NCBI GenBank assembly: GCA_045648165.1
Contig: JAZRNL010000008.1
Span: forward strand, 50,834 to 114,833
Length of the DNA: 64,000 nucleotides
Source: Clostridia bacterium
GTDB taxonomy: Bacteria; Bacillota; Clostridia; UBA1381
Reading direction: 5' to 3'
Positions within the stretch are counted from its first letter, which is position 1; each line of letters begins with the position of its first letter. The translations under genes and the position numbers were made by a program. Positions 38,274-47,711 of the stretch are shown here, piece by piece. The notes below the pieces were generated by a model. The model searched no databases and was not told the origin of the DNA. It saw nothing but the letters and a program-made list of their open reading frames with translations.

Positions 38274-39295
38274 TTATCATCCCCTCCAATCTTTCTCATT
38301 ACTTTAACAATATTCATAGAAATAGGGCACTTAGCAAGACATCTTCCGCAACCTACACAACTGAAAAGACCATTATTGTTTTCAGGATAATAAACAAGTT
38401 TGTGCATAAATCTCTGACGAAAACGTTCTTTTTGGGTAAGTCTGTTATTTCCATGAGCCATTTTTGTGAAATCCGAATACATACAAGAATCCCAACATCT
38501 GAATCTTATAACGCCTTTGCCCGTATTAAAATCTTTAATATCATAGCACTGACAAGTGGGACATACGAAAGTACAGGTTCCGCATCCGAGACAAGCTGAT
38601 GACAATTCTTCCCACTCAGGATTGTTGAAAAACGCATCGGTTTTTCCACCGCCGAAAGAGTTGGTGGTGAGGTCTTTAAGGGGAAGCTTGTTCATAATCT
38701 TTGAAATCTTTTCCTTCTGCTCATTAACCTTAGTTTCATCACATTCATCGGTAAAAGAAACAATCTTTTCTAAAAGAGCTTCTCCCTTTGACGTGTTAGC
38801 CTTAAAGAAAATCTCGTCTTCTGTTTTCCATGTTGTAACGTCGCCCTCAGGTTCTTCTGGAGAAATTCCAAAAGTTTTGCAAAAGCATGTTTCTGCCGGC
38901 TTTGCACAAGCAGTAGACACAATAACACCTTTTTGGCGCCTTGAAGCATAGTAGCTGTCAACAGGCTCGGTGAGGAATACTCTGTCTAAAACCTCAAAGC
39001 TTTTTACATCACAAGCGCGCACTCCGAAAACAACAAAATCTTCTGCTTCGCGTCGATTGTCAATAACTTCAATGTTTTTACCCTCTGTTTTAAATTCCAT
39101 CAAATTTTCCATTTGAGGAAAGAAGAAATCCTTTGGACTTCTTACAGTATTTAAAGCATCGCTCCATAAAACGCCATTTTCCCACTGTTTGTAAACAGCA
39201 CTTCCGTCATTATCATTAGCAGGAATATATAGCTTTGCGGTTTTTGCGATTTCTTCAAAAACCGCATTTATTTTATCAAGAGAACATTTACGCAT
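38270..39295 (-). CDS. flxB: FlxB-like iron-sulfur protein (AsrA / sulfhydrogenase-beta type)
   Basis: CLGCGTCTFVCPTCQC and CVGCGRCLAKCP. AGGAGGG RBS before ATG 39295. It overlaps flxA by 4 nt and flxC by 8 nt. Confidence 0.7.
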   Translation of the reverse strand: MRKCSLDKINAVFEEIAKTAKLYIPANDNDGSAVYKQWENGVLWSDALNTVRSPKDFFFPQMENLMEFKTEGKNIEVIDNRREAEDFVVFGVRACDVKSFEVLDRVFLTEPVDSYYASRRQKGVIVSTACAKPAETCFCKTFGISPEEPEGDVTTWKTEDEIFFKANTSKGEALLEKIVSFTDECDETKVNEQKEKISKIMNKLPLKDLTTNSFGGGKTDAFFNNPEWEELSSACLGCGTCTFVCPTCQCYDIKDFNTGKGVIRFRCWDSCMYSDFTKMAHGNNRLTQKERFRQRFMHKLVYYPENNNGLFSCVGCGRCLAKCPISMNIVKVMRKIGGDDK

Positions 39296-40286
39296 CAATA
39301 TCCCTCCTGTCAAACACTTCACCGGGCTCTAAATCCTCAGTGGTATAATCTACAAGCGGAGCTCTTGATCCAACTTCTGCTCCTGCCTGGTATTCACCAT
39401 AAAATTCGTTAATATCTTTAATAAACTTACGGTTTAAAAGATGAAGTGGAATATTTTGCGGGCAAACTCTTGAACATTCTCCGCAATCTGTACATCTGCC
39501 TGCTACATGATATGCTCTTATAATATGGAACATTTTCTCTTCGAAGCTATTGGCAGGTGCTTTATTTTCAACGCCGGATGCAGGATTGTCAAACACGCAC
39601 TTTTCACATGTACATGCAGGACAGGCATCACGGCAAGCATTACAACGGATGCAACGTGAAAGCTCATTCTGCCAGAATTCAAATCTCTCATCCGAAGTCA
39701 TCGCCTCGATTTTTGCCACCTCATCAAATCGTGACGAATCAACAACTTCGCCTTCATCACCCATAAGCTCGTCGTAAGCTACGTGTTTTTTACTCTTACA
39801 ATTTATGCAACGTTCCAGAAGTACATCCTTTGCAGAAACTGAAACAGCCTTATCTTCATAAATTGTTGTGATAAGAAGATTTTCGCCATCTGAGGCAACC
39901 TCGCTTATTCCCTCACCTGTTACGGCTTTCAGTTTTGAAATATCAACCATCCCTTCGCAAGGAATACCAACTGCATAAACCTTTTCGCGATCGAAACGGT
40001 GTTCAGTTAAAAGTTGATTAAAGCTATAGGTATCGCAAGGCTTTAAGAAAATAAGGATTTTACCTTCAAATCTATCTGTCTTTGAAACGAGATATTTTGA
40101 AAAATTCACTCCGCAAAAATCATTCCAGACAAAATTATCTTTTAAATCTTCTCCGGTTGTGAACATTTTAGGTGTTACATCGTAACCGAATTCGCCCTTA
40201 CTCCATCCAAGAACTGCTGTAACAGTACCGTTTGAAAGCAGAGAAACTGCTTTATCTATTAACTGATTTTGTGTTATCTTTTGCAT
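39288..40286 (-). CDS. flxC: FlxC-like iron-sulfur protein
   Basis: CIRCNACRDACPACTC and CTDCGECSRVCP. GGAGGA RBS. It overlaps mvhD by 13 nt. Confidence 0.65.
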   Translation of the reverse strand: MQKITQNQLIDKAVSLLSNGTVTAVLGWSKGEFGYDVTPKMFTTGEDLKDNFVWNDFCGVNFSKYLVSKTDRFEGKILIFLKPCDTYSFNQLLTEHRFDREKVYAVGIPCEGMVDISKLKAVTGEGISEVASDGENLLITTIYEDKAVSVSAKDVLLERCINCKSKKHVAYDELMGDEGEVVDSSRFDEVAKIEAMTSDERFEFWQNELSRCIRCNACRDACPACTCEKCVFDNPASGVENKAPANSFEEKMFHIIRAYHVAGRCTDCGECSRVCPQNIPLHLLNRKFIKDINEFYGEYQAGAEVGSRAPLVDYTTEDLEPGEVFDRRDIDA

Positions 40287-40708
40287 CGCAGATCCTCCAA
40301 TCTCTTATTCTCTCCAAGTGCTGTAACTTTCTCAACAAAATCGTTCATTGTAGCTGCAAATTTTGCGCCTTCAGCTGCAGAAACCCATTCTACACGTGTA
40401 CGCTCTTTTTCAATACCGAGAAAATCAAGCATAGAAAATAGTGCTGCCATTCTTCTGCGTGTGTAGTAATTTCCGGATGTATAATGACAATCGCCGGGAT
40501 GACAACCACATATAATAACTCCATCTGCACCTCTTTGGAATGCGCGAAGAACAAACATAGGGTTAACGCGACATGAGCAAGGAACTCTTATAATTTTTAC
40601 ATCTGCCGGATAGTTAAGACGGTTGTTTCCTGCAAGGTCTGCACCGGCATAAGAACACCAGTTACAACAAAAAGCAACAATTAAAGGTTTATGTTCATTT
40701 ACTTGCAT
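40274..40708 (-). CDS. mvhD: MvhD/FlxD-like (methyl-viologen-reducing hydrogenase delta subunit family) protein
   Basis: IVAFCCNWCSYAGADLAG...VPCSCRV...ICGCHPGDCHY, typical of the FlpD/MvhD family. It overlaps hdrA by 10 nt. Confidence 0.85.
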   Translation of the reverse strand: MQVNEHKPLIVAFCCNWCSYAGADLAGNNRLNYPADVKIIRVPCSCRVNPMFVLRAFQRGADGVIICGCHPGDCHYTSGNYYTRRRMAALFSMLDFLGIEKERTRVEWVSAAEGAKFAATMNDFVEKVTALGENKRLEDLRCKR

Positions 40709-42693
40709 ATTGCATCCACCTCCGCCATAATTTGATTACTTGCAAATCCGTTCAAGTCCATTGCACCTGACGGGCATGCAACAGTACAAGCGCCACAACC
40801 CTGGCAAACTGCAGGATTAACAACGGCAACTCGTCTTACCTTAGTTGTTCTGTCAGGCATACGGAACTCTTTATCTTCATAAGTGATAGCTCCGTAAGGA
40901 CAAACTCTCTCACAAGAAGAACATCCGTTACACATAAGTTCATTTGAATGAGCTACACAGGGATTTCCTGTTAATTTATCCTTTGCAAGAAGTCCGATAA
41001 CCTTAGAAGCTGCCGCACCAGCCTGAGAAACTGTTTCAGGAATATCCTTAGGTCCCTGACAAGCACCCGACAGGAATACACCTGCAGTAGGGCTTTCTAC
41101 CGGACGAAGCTTCGGATGAGCTTCTGTAAAGAAGTCGTTTGTATCCATACTCGCTGTAAGCATAGTTGCAAGAGGACGCGCGGATTTATCAGGCTCGATA
41201 GCCGCCGCAAGAACCACCAGGTCGGCATCGATATGAAGCTGTTTATTATCAATAAGGTCAGAAGCCTGAACTTTTAGTTTATCACCCTCAGGAGTAACCT
41301 TGCCAACCATACCTTTAACATATTTTACACCATATTCCTCGACTGCGCGGCGATAAAATTCATCAAAGTTCTTACCGGGAGTTCTAACGTCTATATAGAA
41401 CACATAAACCTCGGTATCAGGATACTTATCTCTCACGAGCATTGCGTGCTTGGCTGTGTACATACAACAAATTTTTGAGCAATACTCTTTACCCTTTTCG
41501 GCACAAGCATCGCATCTTGAACCTACACACTGAACGAATACGATAGTTTTGGGGGACTTTCCGTCCGAAGGTCTTTCAAGGTGACCTGCAGTAGGACCTG
41601 CCGCATTTGTAAGACGTTCAAATTCAAGGGATGTAATAACATCTTTAGACTGATTGTAGGCAAACTCATCAAATTTATCCATACTGATTGGATTAAAGCC
41701 AGTTGCAACAACAATCGCACCATATTTTTCATTAATATATTCATCTTTTTGAGTGTAATCAATAGCACCAGCCGCACAAACTCTTGCACAAAGACCGCAT
41801 TTACCATTTTTAAGCATATTACATGCATTGGGATCGATTGTAGCAACCTTCGGAACTGCCTGTGCAAAAGGAATATATATAGCACTTCTGTTATCCATTC
41901 CAAGGTTAAACTCGTTAGGAACCTTCTTCATAGGACACTTTTCAACACAAGCGCCGCATCCGGTACATATATCTTCCTTTACATATCGTGCATTTTTCTT
42001 GATAGTTACATCAAAGTTTCCTACAAAACCTTTGATTTCTGATACTTCGCTGTACGAGAAAATGCGAATGTTTTCATTTTGGGCAACATCCACCATTTTC
42101 GGTGTTAGAATACATGCCGCACAGTCAAGTGTAGGGAATGTTTTATCAAGCTGAGCCATTTTCCCGCCGATTGTAGGCTTTGTTTCAACAATGTCAACAG
42201 GAAATCCTGCATCAGCTATATCAAGTGCTGTCTGGATACCTGCTATTCCACCGCCTATAACAAGAGCTCTCTTTGTAACAGGTGATTCACCCGGTGTAAG
42301 CGGAGTGTTTAAGTTGACCTTAGCAACAGCCGCTTTGCCGAGAATAATAGCTTTTTCTGTTCCTGTGGGGATATCCTTATGCACCCAAGAACACTGCTCT
42401 CTTATATTCGCAATTTCAACCATATAAGGATTTAAGCCTGCGGCAGCTGCAGTTTTTCTGAAAGTTGCCTCATGCATACGGGGTGAGCACGAACAAACAA
42501 CAATGCCTGTAAGATTATGCTCTTTTACCGCTTCCTTAATCATGTCTTGTCCTGCCTGAGAACACATATACTGATAGTCGGTGGAAAAGACAACACCGGG
42601 TTCGCTTTTCAAGGCTTCAGCTACTGCTTTTACATCAACTGTACCTGCAATGTTGCTACCACACCAACATACAAAAACTCCAACTCTTTGCAT
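40699..42693 (-). CDS. hdrA: Heterodisulfide reductase subunit A-like bifurcating flavoprotein
   Basis: 664 aa. N-terminal Cys domain (VFVCWCGSN...VVCSCSPR), FAD site ALVIGGGIAGIQTALD, an inserted ferredoxin (CTGCGACVEKCP, CGLCARVC) and a C-terminal ferredoxin (CNGCSSCERVCP, CQGCGACTVACP). Confidence 0.9.
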   Translation of the reverse strand: MQRVGVFVCWCGSNIAGTVDVKAVAEALKSEPGVVFSTDYQYMCSQAGQDMIKEAVKEHNLTGIVVCSCSPRMHEATFRKTAAAAGLNPYMVEIANIREQCSWVHKDIPTGTEKAIILGKAAVAKVNLNTPLTPGESPVTKRALVIGGGIAGIQTALDIADAGFPVDIVETKPTIGGKMAQLDKTFPTLDCAACILTPKMVDVAQNENIRIFSYSEVSEIKGFVGNFDVTIKKNARYVKEDICTGCGACVEKCPMKKVPNEFNLGMDNRSAIYIPFAQAVPKVATIDPNACNMLKNGKCGLCARVCAAGAIDYTQKDEYINEKYGAIVVATGFNPISMDKFDEFAYNQSKDVITSLEFERLTNAAGPTAGHLERPSDGKSPKTIVFVQCVGSRCDACAEKGKEYCSKICCMYTAKHAMLVRDKYPDTEVYVFYIDVRTPGKNFDEFYRRAVEEYGVKYVKGMVGKVTPEGDKLKVQASDLIDNKQLHIDADLVVLAAAIEPDKSARPLATMLTASMDTNDFFTEAHPKLRPVESPTAGVFLSGACQGPKDIPETVSQAGAAASKVIGLLAKDKLTGNPCVAHSNELMCNGCSSCERVCPYGAITYEDKEFRMPDRTTKVRRVAVVNPAVCQGCGACTVACPSGAMDLNGFASNQIMAEVDAICK

Positions 42694-42709
42694 TTTTGTC
42701 TACTCCCCC

Positions 42710-43096
42710 TTACTTACTATATTTTCTGAATGCACTGACCAGAAGTTGTTGCGGAACATCTTCATCCAGAAGTGCCGGAACATCGTTTGCAGTCATTCTG
42801 TTTTCACCCTGTTTTCTTATAGCACTAAGGCGAACAGCTTCAACTAATTTAGCAGGCTCAACGCCTCTCGGGCATCTGTCGATGCAAGCAAAACAAGATA
42901 AGCATTTATATAATGATTCTGATTTTAAAAGCGGCTGTATATCTCCGCTCTCAACCATACTTACAAACTGATGGGGATGATACTCCATCTCATTGTAAGC
43001 AGGACAGGTAGCAGAGCATTTTCCGCATTTCATACATTTTTTAGGATTTACTCCACTTTGACGGATTAACTCCTCACGAAGATACTTATTATTCAT
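42710..43096 (-). CDS. hdrC: Heterodisulfide reductase subunit C-like (2x[4Fe-4S])
   Basis: CMKCGKCSATCP and CLSCFACIDRCP; 128 aa. Confidence 0.85.
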   Translation of the reverse strand: MNNKYLREELIRQSGVNPKKCMKCGKCSATCPAYNEMEYHPHQFVSMVESGDIQPLLKSESLYKCLSCFACIDRCPRGVEPAKLVEAVRLSAIRKQGENRMTANDVPALLDEDVPQQLLVSAFRKYSK

Positions 43097-43880
43097 TTGT
43101 ATCCTCCTTTACTCCAAGTGCTTCTGCTAAAAGCTCGGTGAAATAAACAACCGGTATATCAGCACCGTTTTTCTCAAGATTGTATTTACAAAGAGGACAA
43201 GCTGTTATAATCATTTCAGCTCCCTGCGCTTTAGCATTGGCTACTACAGAATTACTGCTCTTTTTTGCTAAATCCGGACTTTCAACGCTAACATATCCTC
43301 CACAACACTCATTGCGTTTTGCAAAGATTACAGGCTCTGCTCCCAAAGCCTTTATGAAATTTTCCATAATACTTGGGTTTTCAGGATCGTCCATCTTCAT
43401 AACACTGTTAGGTCTTAATAAAAGACAACCGTAATATGCTGCAATTTTCTTTCCTTTTAGCGGGTTTACAACCTTTTCGGCCAATTTATCAAACCCCACC
43501 AAATCGCGAAGCATTTCAAGATAGTGATAAACCTCGGTTTCTCCAAAATATTCGCCGTCTTCTTGCATATAACGGTTTACTTTATCGGAAAACTCCTTGT
43601 CATTTTGCATAAAATAATTTGTTTGTTTAATAACATTATGGCAAGCTGAGCATACTGTAACTAAAGGCTGTTCTTTTAAAGAAGCATCCTTTAGAGCACG
43701 AACAGAAGAAAGCTTTGTCGCAACTTCATCTTTCGCGGTAGTAAATACTCCGCCGCAGCATTGCCAGTTTTCAATTTCTTCCAGTGTAACCCCTAAAGCT
43801 TCCGCAGATTTATATGCATACAAATCAAGGTCTTTTGCTTTATTTTTCAAGGTACAGCCGGGAAAATAACTAACCTTCAT
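43089..43880 (-). CDS. hdrB: Heterodisulfide reductase subunit B-like (two CCG domains)
   Basis: Two CCG repeats: FPGC...QCCGG...CSAC and YYGC...ECCGG...CPLC. GGAGG lies 6 nt before ATG 43880. Confidence 0.88.
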   Translation of the reverse strand: MKVSYFPGCTLKNKAKDLDLYAYKSAEALGVTLEEIENWQCCGGVFTTAKDEVATKLSSVRALKDASLKEQPLVTVCSACHNVIKQTNYFMQNDKEFSDKVNRYMQEDGEYFGETEVYHYLEMLRDLVGFDKLAEKVVNPLKGKKIAAYYGCLLLRPNSVMKMDDPENPSIMENFIKALGAEPVIFAKRNECCGGYVSVESPDLAKKSSNSVVANAKAQGAEMIITACPLCKYNLEKNGADIPVVYFTELLAEALGVKEDTNE

Positions 43881-43894
43881 TTTATACCTCCAAA

Positions 43895-45271
43895 TCAAAC
43901 CATTTGTTCAGGATGGAATACCTCGTCAAACTTCTCGGAAGTCAAGAAGCCCAATTCAACGCAAGCTTCCTTAAGTGATATATTATCCTTGAATGCCTTT
44001 TTAGCTGTTTTTGCTGCATTTTCGTATCCGATATAAGGATTAAGCGCAGTAACAAGCATCAAGGAATTGTGCAAATTATGATGCATTTTTTCCGTGTTTG
44101 CCTTAATACCCACTGCACAGTTTTTATTAAATGATCGGATTGCTTCAGCCATCAGTCTTGCAGACTGGAGGAAGTTATAAGCACAAACAGGCATAAATAC
44201 ATTAAGTTCAAAATTACCCTGCGAAGCTGCCATTCCAACGGCAACATCATTACCCATTACCTGAACTGCAACCATGGTTACGGCTTCACATTGTGTTGGG
44301 TTTACTTTACCTGGCATAATAGATGAACCCGGCTCATTTTCTGGGATGAATATTTCGCCAAGACCGTCTCTCGGGCCTGATGCAAGCCAACGTACATCGT
44401 TTGCAATCTTCATCATATCTGCAGCAAGTGCCTTAATTGCACCATGTGCAAATACAAGTTCATCCTTTGATGTGAGAGCATGAAACTTATTTTCTGCTGT
44501 CACAAAAGGCTTATTTGTGATATTGCCAACCTCAGCTGCAACAAGTTCTCCGAACTTTTCCGGCGCATTAAGACCTGTTCCTACAGCAGTGCCGCCAAGA
44601 GCAAGCTCATAAAGGGGCTCAACTGAGCGCTTTATAAGCTCAATATCCTTTTCAAGGCTTGAACGCCAACCACTTATTTCCTGTGTAAACTTAATAGGAG
44701 TTGCATCCTGAAGATGTGTTCTTCCGCTCTTAACAATTCCTTCGTTTTCTGCCTCAAGTCGCTTGAATGTGTCTACCAATTCCTGAATTGCAGGAATTAA
44801 TTTATCTTCAAGAACAAGCACAGCGGCAATATGCATGGCTGTAGGAAATGTGTCATTTGAAGACTGACTCATATTAACATCATCGTTGGGATGAAGCAAT
44901 TTATTTCCTAAAATCTGGTTTCCTCTGTTTGCAATAACCTCGTTGGTATTCATATTAGACTGTGTGCCGGAGCCTGTTTGCCATACAACAAGAGGAAAAT
45001 TATCATTTAGCTTTCCTGCCATAATTTCATCACAAGCACCTTTAATAGCTTCAAGCTTTTCCTTTGTCATTTTTTCAGGACGAAGTGTATTATTTGTTAT
45101 TGCAGCTGCTTTTTTAAGCACGCCGAATGCGTGTATGATTTCTGCAGGCATTGTTTCAATACCTACACCTATCTCAAAATTTTCATGACTTCTTTGTGTC
45201 TGGGCAGCCCAAAGCTTATCAGCCGGAACTTTTACCTCACCCATTGAGTCGTGTTCAATACGATATTCCAT
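43895..45271 (-). CDS. fumC: Class II fumarate hydratase
   Basis: HDSMGEVKVPADKLWAAQTQRS and the GSSIMPGKVNPTQCE signature. The start is either ATG 45271 (better RBS spacing) or ATG 45280. Confidence 0.93.
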   Translation of the reverse strand: MEYRIEHDSMGEVKVPADKLWAAQTQRSHENFEIGVGIETMPAEIIHAFGVLKKAAAITNNTLRPEKMTKEKLEAIKGACDEIMAGKLNDNFPLVVWQTGSGTQSNMNTNEVIANRGNQILGNKLLHPNDDVNMSQSSNDTFPTAMHIAAVLVLEDKLIPAIQELVDTFKRLEAENEGIVKSGRTHLQDATPIKFTQEISGWRSSLEKDIELIKRSVEPLYELALGGTAVGTGLNAPEKFGELVAAEVGNITNKPFVTAENKFHALTSKDELVFAHGAIKALAADMMKIANDVRWLASGPRDGLGEIFIPENEPGSSIMPGKVNPTQCEAVTMVAVQVMGNDVAVGMAASQGNFELNVFMPVCAYNFLQSARLMAEAIRSFNKNCAVGIKANTEKMHHNLHNSLMLVTALNPYIGYENAAKTAKKAFKDNISLKEACVELGFLTSEKFDEVFHPEQMV

Positions 45272-45291
45272 TTTGTTCATTCCTTTCTGAT

Positions 45292-46233
45292 TTATATATT
45301 AAGACCTTTTATTAAATCCTTAAGAACGTTTGCACTGTTATGAAGTGCTGCAATTTCTTCATCATTAAGAGGAAGCATAATTTTGCTATGTGCGCCCTTA
45401 TTTCCTACAACATTTAAAAGACTCAGGCACACATCATCAATGCCATATTCGCCATTAAGAAGTGTTGATACCGTAAGAGTTGTATCAATTCCGCTTAAAA
45501 GGCACTGACACACGTGGCAAACTGATATTGACACTGCATAGAATGTCGCGCCTTTGCGCTGAATAACTCTTGCACCTGATTTACGCATATAATTTTCAAC
45601 TTCATCTTTATTAAATTCAGGGTAATCAGCGCCTGTTAAAATTGCATTTCTATAGCTTTCAATGGGCACATTTGATATGTTTGCAATTGACCAGGGAACA
45701 AATGAACTGTCGCCGTGTTCACCAAGCACATAAGCGTGTACATTCTTCTGATTTACTGAATAGTATTCAGAAACTCTTGAACGAAGTCGTGCAGTATCGA
45801 GTATTGTACCTGAACCGATAACGCGTTCCTGCGGGAGGCCTGTATGCTTCAAAAATACATATGTTAAAATATCAACAGGGTTACTAACAATAACGTATGT
45901 GGCTTCAGGAGCAACAGGAACAATTTTATCTGCTATACTCTTTATGATGTCAACGTTAGTCTGAGCAAGGTCAAGCCTTGACTGCCCGGGCTTTCTTGCC
46001 ATACCTGACGTAATAACAACTATATCAGAGCCTGCAGCATCATCATATGTTCCTGCATAAATAGTTGCAGGATTGCAGAAAGGAACGCCCTGTCTTATAT
46101 CAAGGGCTTCGCCAAGAGATTTTTCCTCATTAACATCAATCATAACAATTTCCGATGCAAGCCCCATAATTGTAAGTGTGTATGCAATTGTGGAACCTAC
46201 ATTACCCGAACCGATTACTGTAATTTTATTCAT
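45292..46233 (-). CDS. mdh: LDH-family 2-hydroxyacid dehydrogenase predicted to act as malate dehydrogenase
   Basis: LDH-type blocks (VIGSGNVG, GSGTILDTARLR, VLGEHGDS). The specificity position reads MARKPGQSR, with Arg where L-LDH has Gln. It sits next to fumC. Confidence 0.7.
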   Translation of the reverse strand: MNKITVIGSGNVGSTIAYTLTIMGLASEIVMIDVNEEKSLGEALDIRQGVPFCNPATIYAGTYDDAAGSDIVVITSGMARKPGQSRLDLAQTNVDIIKSIADKIVPVAPEATYVIVSNPVDILTYVFLKHTGLPQERVIGSGTILDTARLRSRVSEYYSVNQKNVHAYVLGEHGDSSFVPWSIANISNVPIESYRNAILTGADYPEFNKDEVENYMRKSGARVIQRKGATFYAVSISVCHVCQCLLSGIDTTLTVSTLLNGEYGIDDVCLSLLNVVGNKGAHSKIMLPLNDEEIAALHNSANVLKDLIKGLNI

Positions 46234-46277
46234 AATAAATCCTACCTTTCAAATCTTGTTTGTTTAGTTGTATTTTT

Positions 46278-47699
46278 TTACTTTAAAACGGATACTGCAT
46301 CTAAAATTGTCTTTTCAAGTGCTTCTCGTCCGTATTTATCCACTTCAGCTTTATTCTTTTCACCATGGGTAAGGCAACCTGCACCTCCGATACAACCACC
46401 GACACACGCCATACCTTCTATGAAGTTAGCATCCAGAACATTCTTACTCTTTTTAAGAAGTGCCATCTTGCAAGCTTCAATTCCGTCACAAGGAATTGCT
46501 TTTAAGTCAAAATCAATGTTCTGTTCCGCGAGCCCTTGGGCAACCGCATCAGAAAGCCCTCCGGAGCGAGCAAATATTCTTCCAAAATAGGATGCATTGT
46601 CAAGAACGTCTTCGTCAAGTGTTGTAATATCAAGGTCCTTACTATCGTAAAGTGCCTGAAGTTCCTCAAATGTAAGAACTGCATCTACATAGGGTTTAAC
46701 TTCCTCAAGTTGTGCTTCTGCTTTTTTTGCAGTACAAGGCCCGATAAACACAACCTTTGAACCAGGATCTGTATCTTTAATATATTTCGCAAGTGTTGCC
46801 ATAGGCGAAAGATTATGTGAAATATATTGCACCAAATCGGGGAATGTCGATTTTACATAAGACACAAACGCAGGACAACATGAACTTGTTAAAAATCCTT
46901 TTTCACTGAGTTCTTTTGACTCTGCCTGAGCAACCATATCTGCACCCAGGGCAGCCTCAATAACAGTGTAAAATCCGAGTTCCTTTAATCCCTTAATTAC
47001 TTGTCCGAGTTTTGCGTAAGTAAACTGGCTTGAGATAGACGGTGCAACCATTACGTAGACTTTGTAATTTTTATTTCCCTCGCTGTTTTTTATAAGCTCA
47101 ATTGCATCTAAAATATATGACTTATCCATAATAGCACCGAAAGGACACTGATATACACAAGCACCGCAACCGGTACATTTACTGTTGTCAATCGCTGCTG
47201 CATTGTCTTCATTAATGGATATAGCCTTGATTTTACATGCATTCTGGCAAGGTCTTTTACGATTTATAATTGCAGAAAACGGACAAACCTTTGCACATTG
47301 ACCGCACTCAACGCATTTTGATTTGTCAATATGCGCTACATGATTTGAATCAAAAATGATTGCACCTTTTTTGCAAACATCTTCGCAGCGGTGAGCAAGA
47401 CAGCCGCGACAGGATTCTGTTACAACATATCCTGCAGACGGACATTCATCACATGCGATATCAATAACCTCAATCACATTGGGATTTTCCTTGTCACCTC
47501 CCATAACAATTTTAATTCTTTCTTCTAAAATTGCTCGTTCTTTGTACACGCAACAACGCATGGTAGAAGTTTTACCAGGTACAATGATTTTTGGAATTTC
47601 AAACACATTTTCAAGCAGAGCATCCTTCCATGCGTAACGTGCAACTTCACGCAGCACCTTATATTTTAAATGCTGCACTTTTGTGTCAAATTTTCTCAT
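46278..47699 (-). CDS. [FeFe]-hydrogenase-family protein (HfsD-like; two ferredoxin-type clusters plus H-domain)
   Basis: 473 aa. CVECGQCAKVCP and CTGCGACVYQCP, followed by H-cluster motif variants TSSCCPAF, GPCTAKKAE and EGMACVGGCIGG. Confidence 0.8.
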   Translation of the reverse strand: MRKFDTKVQHLKYKVLREVARYAWKDALLENVFEIPKIIVPGKTSTMRCCVYKERAILEERIKIVMGGDKENPNVIEVIDIACDECPSAGYVVTESCRGCLAHRCEDVCKKGAIIFDSNHVAHIDKSKCVECGQCAKVCPFSAIINRKRPCQNACKIKAISINEDNAAAIDNSKCTGCGACVYQCPFGAIMDKSYILDAIELIKNSEGNKNYKVYVMVAPSISSQFTYAKLGQVIKGLKELGFYTVIEAALGADMVAQAESKELSEKGFLTSSCCPAFVSYVKSTFPDLVQYISHNLSPMATLAKYIKDTDPGSKVVFIGPCTAKKAEAQLEEVKPYVDAVLTFEELQALYDSKDLDITTLDEDVLDNASYFGRIFARSGGLSDAVAQGLAEQNIDFDLKAIPCDGIEACKMALLKKSKNVLDANFIEGMACVGGCIGGAGCLTHGEKNKAEVDKYGREALEKTILDAVSVLK

Positions 47700-47711
47700 G
47701 TGTCACTCTCC

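Noticed and set aside
37440-39295. Reading the FlxA/FlxB-like pair as anaerobic sulfite reductase AsrB/AsrA or sulfhydrogenase gamma/beta.
   Set aside because: No siroheme subunit (AsrC) gene and no hydrogenase alpha/delta genes accompany them. They are embedded between mvhD/hdrA and an extra poly-ferredoxin, which is the Flx-Hdr arrangement. The fold family is the same, so only context decides the call.
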